Below, in pieces: positions 14,833 to 21,688 of a DNA stretch of 21,688 nucleotides. How positions within the stretch are numbered: position 1 is the first letter of the stretch; the number at the start of each line of letters is the position of its first letter. The position numbers were made by a program, and so were the translations under genes. Source of the DNA: Okeania sp. (GTDB lineage Bacteria; Cyanobacteriota; Cyanobacteriia; Cyanobacteriales; Microcoleaceae); contig NZ_JAYKGW010000027.1 of the NCBI RefSeq assembly GCF_035285525.1, positions 1 to 21,688 on the forward strand, in the 5' to 3' direction. The notes below the pieces were generated by a model, which saw only the letters and a list, made by a program, of their open reading frames with translations, made no database searches and was not told where the DNA came from.

Positions 14833-16521
14833 ATGGAAAACTATATATTACCAACTTTAAGCGATATTTTTGCTTTAGATAGATCGAATAATGATTTTTA
14901 TCCAACTAAAATAGAACTGAAAAGGGAGAATCCTCCTCCTTCTATAACTGATAAAAATAAACATTTATATTTAAAGGCTCAAAGGGAATGGTATAGTGCT
15001 ATTGCTACAATTAATCAACTTTTGGAAAAGTCTCTCCAAATTTCAGATTCTCAAGGTTTAAAAAATCAAGAGATGACGAAAAATAATGCAGAAAAAGAAA
15101 TCAAAAAAACTACTCTTTTACTGGAAAATTACCAATCTCAAACCAGTTCCAAATCATCTAGTTCTAATTGCTTAATTTCTCATTTTCATTCATATCGTGG
15201 ATTAGTATTATCTAGTCCGGCTCCTGTCTTAACAAATCCGGCTTTAACTAACAGTTTTTATACTTCAGTATTTACTAGTGAAATACCAGAATCTTTAGAT
15301 TGGTTATCTCTTTTGAAATCGCAAACTTTACCTTTATTACCAGCAGCAGATATTATTAATTTTTCACCTATTTCTATACCAATATTACCTTTATCTACTA
15401 GAGACCCAATCACAAATGAACAATTTTGTTTAGTTATAACTGCTGAATTTAGTTTAATTATGGTCTTAGGAAAAAATCAAGAAAATGAACCAGCTTTTCT
15501 ATTTTCTTTCGACCCAGAAATAGTTCATCAAGCATGGAATGTTTTACAGCAACGAATAGTATTACCGGAATGTTTTAATTCCCAAAAATTTGATAAATAT
15601 CAAAATTTTATTTCCCAGTATTCTCAACAGTTAGCTATTTTAAATCATGTATTTGAGGAGTTTCCTCCTGTTGCACCTGATTACAAAATAGTGATGAAAT
15701 TTAGTCGTTTATTATTAGATAATTTACCAAGTATAAATAGTAAGAATGAAGCATTATCAGTTAATATTTCTGACAAAAATAGAGATAATCAAGAAATCTC
15801 TACATCACTAAAATCTACTATCGAAAATCTTAAATCTCCTGATGTGGAATTGTTACAAGCGATCGCTCACGAAGTCAAAACTCCTTTAGCAACAATACAA
15901 ACATTAACTAGGCTTTTATTAAAACGTCCTAATTTAAAAGAGGAAGTAATCAAAAAGCGTTTACAAATGATTGATGCTGAATGTACTGCTCAAATAGAAA
16001 GGTTTAATCTAATTTTTAAAGCAGCAGAATTAGAAGGTCAGCAACTATTTAAACAACATCAATATCTACAATTAACCAACATTCCTCTGGCTCAATTTTT
16101 TCATAATAGTATTCCTAGTTGGCAACAAAAAGCCACTCAAAGAAATCATACTTTAAAAGTTATTTTACCTCCCAAAATGCCAACTGTTGTAAGTGACCCT
16201 ATTATGCTTGACCAAGTATTAGGAAATTTGATTGAAAATTTCTCCCGAAATCTACCTTCTGGCAGTCTGATTAAGGTAGAAGTAATGTTAGCTGGTAGTC
16301 AATTAAAATTACAGCTTAAATCTGATTCTGATGTGAGTGATTTTTTCCACTCACCTTTTAAATCTATCGGTCATTTATTAATGTTTCAACCAGAAACAGG
16401 TAGTCTGAGTTTAAATTTAAAAGTTACTAAAAATTTGTTTCAAGCGATGGGAGCAAAATTAGTAATTCGACAACGACCCACTAAAGGAGAAATAATGACT
16501 ATTTTTTTGCCAGTTCAGTAA
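14833..16521 (+). CDS. Sensor histidine kinase-like protein with a long non-membrane N-terminal sensory region and a degenerate ATP-binding domain
   Basis: 562 aa. The H-box is ELLQAIAHEVKTPLATIQTL and the N-box-like stretch is LGNLIENFSRNL. The G1 position reads KSDSDVSD and the G2 position reads TGSLSLNL, instead of DxGxG and GxGxG. No hydrophobic TM segments are seen. The segment FCLVITAEFSLIMVLGK...FSFDPEIV may be a DICT-type sensory domain (tentative). Confidence 0.75.
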   Translation: MENYILPTLSDIFALDRSNNDFYPTKIELKRENPPPSITDKNKHLYLKAQREWYSAIATINQLLEKSLQISDSQGLKNQEMTKNNAEKEIKKTTLLLENYQSQTSSKSSSSNCLISHFHSYRGLVLSSPAPVLTNPALTNSFYTSVFTSEIPESLDWLSLLKSQTLPLLPAADIINFSPISIPILPLSTRDPITNEQFCLVITAEFSLIMVLGKNQENEPAFLFSFDPEIVHQAWNVLQQRIVLPECFNSQKFDKYQNFISQYSQQLAILNHVFEEFPPVAPDYKIVMKFSRLLLDNLPSINSKNEALSVNISDKNRDNQEISTSLKSTIENLKSPDVELLQAIAHEVKTPLATIQTLTRLLLKRPNLKEEVIKKRLQMIDAECTAQIERFNLIFKAAELEGQQLFKQHQYLQLTNIPLAQFFHNSIPSWQQKATQRNHTLKVILPPKMPTVVSDPIMLDQVLGNLIENFSRNLPSGSLIKVEVMLAGSQLKLQLKSDSDVSDFFHSPFKSIGHLLMFQPETGSLSLNLKVTKNLFQAMGAKLVIRQRPTKGEIMTIFLPVQ

Positions 16522-16524
16522 AAG

Positions 16525-16554
16525 AGGGAATAGGGAACAGGGAACAGGGAACAG
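16525..16554. repeat. Tandem heptamer GGGAACA x3 (STRR-type)
   Basis: gagggaatagggaacagggaacagggaaca. The complementary CCCTGTT copies are at 9310-9327. Confidence 0.85.
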
Positions 16555-16648
16555 TTAGAAAGAGTTTTTTATGTAGATAGACAAAATACCTTTGCCATGT
16601 TATTTTCCAGAGAAAATTTTCCCAAAATATTACTTGTTTATTAATTTT

Positions 16649-16939
16649 ATGAATCAAGTTACAACTATTAGAGTTAGAACTCGTGATAATTTATTAGAAC
16701 TTCTTAAAACAAGCAAAAGTAGTTGGTTGATAGTAGCTGAATACCGAGAACCTACCTTGAGATTTGTAGAAGTATATAGTTGGGATGGAGACCTGGTTTT
16801 AAGAGGAGAATGGGAACCTAGTCAATTTGAACGACGTGATTTGGATGGTCGTCTTGGTATAGCATTCAAAAATGCCAAAATAGAATTGGTTAATCCACCC
16901 TTAATATGGAAAGCTCAAAATTCTGTAAACTATGTTTAG
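16649..16939 (+). CDS. Small hypothetical protein (96 aa)
   Basis: The ORF track gives a TTG start at 16592. The first ATG at 16649 (MNQVTTIRVRTRDNLLELL) removes an odd hydrophobic leader. The composition looks protein-like. No family was recognised. Confidence 0.5.
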   Translation: MNQVTTIRVRTRDNLLELLKTSKSSWLIVAEYREPTLRFVEVYSWDGDLVLRGEWEPSQFERRDLDGRLGIAFKNAKIELVNPPLIWKAQNSVNYV

Positions 16940-17128
16940 TCATGGCTACAAATTAAGGTAAAATAATTACTATTTTAGCAGTTCAATTTATAAGCATTCA
17001 GCACTTCAGCTATTAATATAGAATAGATTGACCCACCCTTAATATAGAAAGGGCAAAATTCTGTAAATTATGTAAAGATAATCAATTTTTATCCATAAAT
17101 CATTAATTATTCTTCCCTCCATAGTTAT

Positions 17129-17155
17129 GGTTGGGTTTCGTTCCTCAACCCAACC
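17129..17155. repeat. Dispersed cyanobacterial hairpin repeat (GGTTGGGTT-N9-AACCCAACC)
   Basis: The stem is ggttgggtt tcgttcctc aacccaacc followed by tacggggg. Confidence 0.7.
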
Positions 17156-17369
17156 TACGGGGGATAGGACATGACCATCTCTTCATATTAACTCCCATAA
17201 ATCCTAAATCTTAACTATTCCCTACTCCCTAGTCCCTACTCCCTACCAAATACAAAAAGACTTTTATGGTTCCCAATAAATCAGCAAACCCTATTTGGAC
17301 AAATATTTGGTACAAATATTATGATCTTTATGCCAACTTCTAATATCTAATTTCTAACTGAGCTGAAGA

Positions 17370-19043
17370 ATGAAAAACCAAGACAAAACCTTACCATTTG
17401 CTCTAATAGCAGCAACCTTATTAGTGGTTGTCGGTAGCGCTACTGCCTACATTATAATCTCTTCTAGAAAAGCACTAAACAATTTACCCGTAGGTGCCGA
17501 AGTTGTCCCCAGAGATGCAATGATGACTTTACATCTTTCTACTAACCCTGGTCAATGGAAAAAATTAGAACAGTTTGGTACTGTTCAATCAAAAACTGCT
17601 ATGGAGAACTTGTTAAAGCAGTTACGCGATCGCTTCGTGACTAATTATGGTTATAATTATGAACGAGATATTAAACCTTGGGTAGGAACAGAAGTAGGGA
17701 TCGCTTTTTTGCGCAAATCTACTCTAGAACTTTCTAATCCAGAAACTCCTGATTCTGCACCACCCCCTCCTGCTGAACAAGCAACTATGGTGGTATTGCC
17801 CATCGAAGATATAGAGAAAGCAGAGGAAATTTTAGCCAAACCCCCTGCTCCGAAAAAAGGTAAATTAGTTAAACGTACCTACAGAGGTATTGAAATTAAA
17901 GAAACTCAAGGAGTACCTAACCAAGATATTTCGGCAGCAATATTGGGAGAAAGGTTTTTGGTAGTTACTAATTCTGAAACCGCAATAAATCGAGTGATCG
18001 ATGTATATAAAGGAGACCAGTCTCTAGAAAAAGCTCCTGGTTATAAAGCAATGATGGAAAAGCTGAAAACTTCTGCACCTCTTGCTCAAGTATATCTGAA
18101 TATTCCTGTTGCTGTTGCCTATACTTCTAGTAAATCTATTACTCCTGTTTCTGAAGAAAATCTCAAAGAATTTGACGATAATCAGGGAGTGGCTGCAAAT
18201 GTAAGTTTAGTTCCTGAAGGGATAGATTTAAAGGCAATTTCTTGGTTGAAACCTAACAGTAAGAAAAAGTTTACTGTAGATAATAATGCCGCAGAAATGT
18301 TAAATCGGGTTCCAGGAAATGCTTTGATGATGATATCTGGAAGCAATTTAAAGCAAATGTGGTCTGATTATGTTAAGGGTGCAGCAACTAATCCCATTGC
18401 TCCTATTAAACCAGAAGCAGTCCGTAAAACTTTCAAAAATGCAACTGGTATGGATCTAGATAAGGAATTTATTAATTGGATGGGTGGAGAATATTCTCTA
18501 TCTTTGTTACCTACTGTGAAAGATAATCAACAGGTAGAAAAATTTGCTGCGGGGTTTGTGTTTATGGTTAAAGCAAGTGATCGTGGTGCTGCTGAGGAGT
18601 CACTGAAAAAGTTGGATGAAGGAATGAAGAAAAGAGATTTTGGAGTAGGTAAAGCTTTTGCTAATGGAGAACCCGTAGTTAAATGGACTTCACCTTTTGG
18701 TGGTTTTACTGTACTTCGTGGTTGGTTGAATGGAAATGTAGCATTTTTCACCTTGGGAGGACTCGTGGAAAGCCAAATATTGCCTGAACCGAAAAGTTCT
18801 ATGGTAGACAGCACAGTATTGCAAGAAACTCTACCATCTAACTCGGAATCTTTTAATGGTAACTTTTTTATTGATGTCAATCGGACTTTTGATCCTCAAA
18901 ATCTTTCTATTCCCCAGTTACCTGCTAATCAACAAGTTTGGGTAGATGGTATAGAGTCTATTGGGGTGACATCTGTTGTTAGTAATAGTCGGACAACTAA
19001 TTATGATGTGTTTGTCAAATTGAAAAAGCAGGGTACAAAATAA
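17370..19043 (+). CDS. Membrane-anchored or exported conserved protein, DUF3352-like
   Basis: 557 aa. A single N-terminal hydrophobic segment (LPFALIAATLLVVVGSATAYIIISS) is followed by a large soluble region. The size and architecture fit the cyanobacterial DUF3352 family. The name is from memory and has not been searched. Confidence 0.8.
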   Translation: MKNQDKTLPFALIAATLLVVVGSATAYIIISSRKALNNLPVGAEVVPRDAMMTLHLSTNPGQWKKLEQFGTVQSKTAMENLLKQLRDRFVTNYGYNYERDIKPWVGTEVGIAFLRKSTLELSNPETPDSAPPPPAEQATMVVLPIEDIEKAEEILAKPPAPKKGKLVKRTYRGIEIKETQGVPNQDISAAILGERFLVVTNSETAINRVIDVYKGDQSLEKAPGYKAMMEKLKTSAPLAQVYLNIPVAVAYTSSKSITPVSEENLKEFDDNQGVAANVSLVPEGIDLKAISWLKPNSKKKFTVDNNAAEMLNRVPGNALMMISGSNLKQMWSDYVKGAATNPIAPIKPEAVRKTFKNATGMDLDKEFINWMGGEYSLSLLPTVKDNQQVEKFAAGFVFMVKASDRGAAEESLKKLDEGMKKRDFGVGKAFANGEPVVKWTSPFGGFTVLRGWLNGNVAFFTLGGLVESQILPEPKSSMVDSTVLQETLPSNSESFNGNFFIDVNRTFDPQNLSIPQLPANQQVWVDGIESIGVTSVVSNSRTTNYDVFVKLKKQGTK

Positions 19044-19054
19044 CCTAGTTATTT

Positions 19055-19077
19055 CAGTTATCAGTTATCAGTTATCA
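19055..19077. repeat. Tandem heptamer CAGTTAT x3 (STRR-type)
   Basis: cagttatcagttatcagttatca lies directly after the stop at 19043. Confidence 0.85.
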
Positions 19078-19144
19078 ATAGAGAGCGAATATATTAGAGC
19101 GAGCATCTTGCTCGCGATAAAATCTGACTTCCAAAAAATTAATT

Positions 19145-19204
19145 GTAGGGGTTTGGTTTAGAGACCCCCTAGCTAACGCTTCGGTTTAGAGACCAAACCC
19201 CTAC
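19145..19204. repeat. 60-nt palindromic repeat GTAGGGGTTTGGT...ACCAAACCCCTAC
   Basis: It has 13-bp complementary ends and an internal duplicated ggtttagagacc. A second family member is at 20329-20384. Confidence 0.8.
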
Positions 19205-19244
19205 GATCAAATCTGGCAAGCAATTTAGGATTGCTATATACTGA

Positions 19245-20165
19245 TTACTGATGCAGCCAATTTTCTAAATCAGTTATGCTATTAAAATCCAAGAAGTCTT
19301 CTCCCAAATTTTCTAATTCTTCAATAGTTAAATTTTTAATCTTGCTCATAGTTTCTGGAGTTATTTCCCCAAAACGCTTTTTGAGTTGACGTATTATTAA
19401 AGCGATCGCCTCATCTTTTCTCCCTTCTTGTTTACCTTCCTGTTTACCTTCTTCTTTAGCAAAAGTTATTTTTCCCCTTTCATCTTGTAATGTCATTGCC
19501 CGATATTGTGCTACTTCTAATTCTTCTGGACTCATACCTGCTTGGTTCGCCAAATTTAGAGCTAATTCTATTTCTGATATTTCTGCTAAAGAAGCAGGAA
19601 TATCATCGAAACTAGAAGCTTCTTTCAGGAAATAAATCCATTTATCTGCTAAACTTTCTAATTCTGAGAGTTCTTTTTTAAATTTCGGTAATTCCACAAA
19701 TACTAATAGTAATTCCTCATCATCCAAAAATTCAAAATTGTCAATTTTATCTTTAAATACAAATTGATTAATAATTCTCTGGTTTTTTTCAAACAGAATA
19801 AAATCGGTAATTGTCACACCTATAACTGGTTTGAGTCTCATATAATCATCAGCAACTTTTAATTGATTAGCATATCCTTTGGCTACGTTATAAAGTACCC
19901 GTTTAGTAAAGTTTGTCATGGATGATACTTGCATTTCAATCATCACAATTTTTCCATCAGCTAAGACTGCTTTTACATCCAAATAAGTGTCTTTTAAAGT
20001 GAACACTTTCCCAGGATTATAAGGATTAATAATGGTTAAAGATTGAATAGTTTTTTCTCCATTGTAAATTACAGCATTGAGGAAACTAATTAAGATATCT
20101 GTACTTTCTTCAGAGCCAAAAACTTTTTTGAATACATAATCTATTTTCGGGCTAATAAATCTCAT
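19245..20165 (-). CDS. Rpn-family recombination-promoting nuclease / PD-(D/E)XK putative transposase, intact
   Basis: 306 aa. MRFISPKIDYVFKKVFG, DTYLDVKAVLADGKIVMIEMQV (D...E-x-Q/K nuclease core), FVELPKF, KWIYFLK and a charged C-terminal tail are typical of the YhgA/Rpn (TIGR01784-like) family. Confidence 0.85.
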   Translation of the reverse strand: MRFISPKIDYVFKKVFGSEESTDILISFLNAVIYNGEKTIQSLTIINPYNPGKVFTLKDTYLDVKAVLADGKIVMIEMQVSSMTNFTKRVLYNVAKGYANQLKVADDYMRLKPVIGVTITDFILFEKNQRIINQFVFKDKIDNFEFLDDEELLLVFVELPKFKKELSELESLADKWIYFLKEASSFDDIPASLAEISEIELALNLANQAGMSPEELEVAQYRAMTLQDERGKITFAKEEGKQEGKQEGRKDEAIALIIRQLKKRFGEITPETMSKIKNLTIEELENLGEDFLDFNSITDLENWLHQ

Positions 20166-20328
20166 ATTTTTCTTCTCCTGAATTTGGTTAAATTATAGAG
20201 CGAATTCCAAGTTGATGTTGTTTGTAACACAGTCTTCTAGGCTGTCATAGCTGTACCATACTAAAATGGAATCCGCTGTATAGAAATCCTAGATAGTTGT
20301 TCAATAATTGATAAGTAAGATTTTTATT

Positions 20329-20384
20329 GTAGGGGTTTGGTTTCCAAATCCCTTAGTACTTGGGTTTAGTTTCCAAACCCCTAC
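20329..20384. repeat. 56-nt palindromic repeat GTAGGGGTTTGG...CCAAACCCCTAC followed by a T-run
   Basis: It has 12-bp complementary ends and an internal duplicated ggtttcca-type motif, followed by agttttttt. Confidence 0.8.
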
Positions 20385-20588
20385 AGTTTTTTTCTCGGCA
20401 ATTATTTCTTATGGCTATAGGAGATATTTCAGTAAATAATAAATGACAGCTAAGTGGATAATTAATAATTAAATAATTCAGGTTAAATCCTCCTCTTTTC
20501 AGGAGAAAAAGCACTCATTAATCCTATCTATTTTAGAGAGAAATAATTATCAATTATCCATTATCAATTATTAATTATTAATTATCCA

Positions 20589-21341
20589 TTAATGAACTGC
20601 CATTTCCAAATAACCAGAAATTTCCCGACAATATTCATTACATAATTGTGACATTCGGAAATCTTCATTACGAGGATAATTCGCATCTATTTTCACATCT
20701 GCTATTACTCTACCAGGACGGGCAGCCATCACAATTACTCTTTGAGATAAATACACTGCTTCATAAATATTATGAGTCACAAAAATTACAGTCCAATTTC
20801 GTTTTTGCCACACATCTAATAGATCGCTATTTAATTTACTTCGAGTCATTTCATCCAAAGCACCAAAAGGTTCATCCATCAATACAATTCTTGGTTGAGT
20901 TACTAAAGCTCTAGCAATAGAAACTCGCATTTTCATTCCACCTGATAACTGTCTTGGATAAGAACGTTCAAAACCATCTAATCCAACTAAATTAATTGCT
21001 TCTTGTAAAATTGTACGAGATTCTTTGAGGGATTTTCCTGTTAGTTTGAGAGGTAAATGTACATTATCAATAACATGAGACCAAGGCATTAAAGCTGGTT
21101 CTTGAAATACAAAAGCTAAGTCATTTTTATGCTGATTTATATTTGATTCGATTTTGCCAGAAGTAACTTCACTTAATCCGGCAATTAATCTCAATACTGT
21201 ACTTTTTCCACAACCAGAAGGTCCAACAAGAGTGATAAATTGACCTTCATTAATTGTCAAATTCATATCTTGTAAAGCAACAGTTCCATTAGTATAAATT
21301 TTATTGACTTGATGACAAGAAATAGCGGTTTTATTGTTCAT
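20589..21341 (-). CDS. ABC transporter ATP-binding protein, NitT/TauT (nitrate/sulfonate/taurine/bicarbonate) type
   Basis: Walker A is GPSGCGKST, the signature is LSGGMKMRVSIARAL and Walker B is IVLMDEPFGALD. The protein homology begins at MNNKTAISCHQV (ATG 21341). The 55-codon upstream extension in the ORF track runs through repeat DNA. Confidence 0.88.
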   Translation of the reverse strand: MNNKTAISCHQVNKIYTNGTVALQDMNLTINEGQFITLVGPSGCGKSTVLRLIAGLSEVTSGKIESNINQHKNDLAFVFQEPALMPWSHVIDNVHLPLKLTGKSLKESRTILQEAINLVGLDGFERSYPRQLSGGMKMRVSIARALVTQPRIVLMDEPFGALDEMTRSKLNSDLLDVWQKRNWTVIFVTHNIYEAVYLSQRVIVMAARPGRVIADVKIDANYPRNEDFRMSQLCNEYCREISGYLEMAVH

Positions 21342-21348
21342 TTTTTTT

Positions 21349-21379
21349 AAGAAGGAAGAAGGAAGAAGGAAGAAGGAAG
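21349..21379. repeat. Tandem GAAGGAA heptamers (STRR-type), 8 nt from the ABC gene start
   Basis: aagaaggaagaaggaagaaggaagaaggaag. This is the same motif as at 338-390. Confidence 0.85.
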
Positions 21380-21397
21380 TAAAAAGGAAAAATCTTA

Positions 21398-21688
21398 TAA
21401 TAATTTTGGTAACACAGCCTTCCAGGCGGTAAGAAGCAGGATACTTAAACTGCAAATAACTTGACCTCACTATCCTCAAAAGTGCTGTTAATAATTTTGG
21501 TAACACAGCCTTCCAGGCTGTAAGAAGCAGGATGCTTAAACTGCAAATAACTTGACCTCATAAAGACTAGAATTGTGTTAGTAATTTTGGTAACACAGCC
21601 TTCCAGGCTGTAAGAAGCAGGATGCTTAAACTGCAAATAACTTGACCTCATAAAGACTAGAATTGTGTTAGTAATTTTGGTAACACAG
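21398..21688. repeat. Tandem array of 90/91-bp units (at least 3.2 copies), truncated by the window end
   Basis: ggtaacacagcc recurs at 21408, 21499, 21589 and 21679. Units 2 and 3 differ at one base. Unit 1 shares the first 67 or so nt and diverges in the last 22 or so nt. Each unit contains a 7-bp hairpin, acagcct-tcc-aggctgt. Confidence 0.9.

Noticed and set aside
16592-16648. TTG-initiated 19-codon leader of the small ORF
   Set aside because: The leader (MPCYFPEKIFPKYYLFINF) looks like translated AT-rich spacer. The first ATG at 16649 is the more plausible start, but this is unverified.
17657-18880. Minus-strand ORFs 17657-17839 and 18527-18880
   Set aside because: They are antisense to the 557-aa DUF3352-like gene, with no start context or family resemblance.
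20648-20914. 88-aa plus-strand ORF
   Set aside because: It is antisense to the ABC ATPase gene, which carries unambiguous Walker A, signature and Walker B motifs.
21342-21651. N-terminal extension of the ABC gene (to 21506) and ORF 21445-21651
   Set aside because: Both are read-through of the 90-bp tandem array, whose period is a multiple of 3. The repeated MRSSYLQFKHPASYSLEGCVTKI peptide is an artefact. ABC homology begins at ATG 21341.
21398-21688. CRISPR array hypothesis for the tandem repeats
   Set aside because: The segments between the conserved cores are identical in units 2 and 3 rather than being unique spacers. The unit structure is 67 conserved nt plus 23 nt, and no cas genes are nearby.

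Overview
AT-rich chromosomal window from a cyanobacterium, probably filamentous. This is inferred from many HIP1 octamers (GCGATCGC, e.g. near 996, 1350, 9611, 9953, 10862, 11672, 12432, 13487, 15861, 19403) and many tandem heptamer (STRR-type) repeats at gene ends. Content in order: (i) The 3' end of egtD and an OvoA-type sulfoxide synthase, which form the ergothioneine core. (ii) A decayed Rpn/PD-(D/E)XK nuclease gene. (iii) A same-strand block of tailoring-type enzymes: a split formyltransferase-fold gene, a SET-domain protein, a P4H-type 2OG-Fe(II) oxygenase, DUF427, a decayed class I methyltransferase and a histamine-N-methyltransferase-like methyltransferase. (iv) Two antitoxin/PIN-toxin modules, each with an in-frame TAA in the toxin. 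(v) A frameshifted APC-family permease. (vi) tldD. (vii) A histidine-kinase-like gene with degenerate ATP-lid motifs. (viii) A small conserved ORF. (ix) A large membrane-anchored DUF3352-like protein. (x) An intact Rpn-family nuclease gene bracketed by palindromic repeats. (xi) A NitT/TauT-type ABC ATPase preceded by a 90-bp tandem array that runs off the window edge. No rRNA, tRNA or CRISPR array was recognised. The region is rich in MITE-like elements and in disrupted genes (at least six). The best candidate for something undescribed is the enzyme block at 3603-8557 next to the ergothioneine genes, especially the HNMT-like imidazole-type methyltransferase. This is a hypothesis from gene content only. 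All family assignments come from motif recognition by eye, not from database searches.
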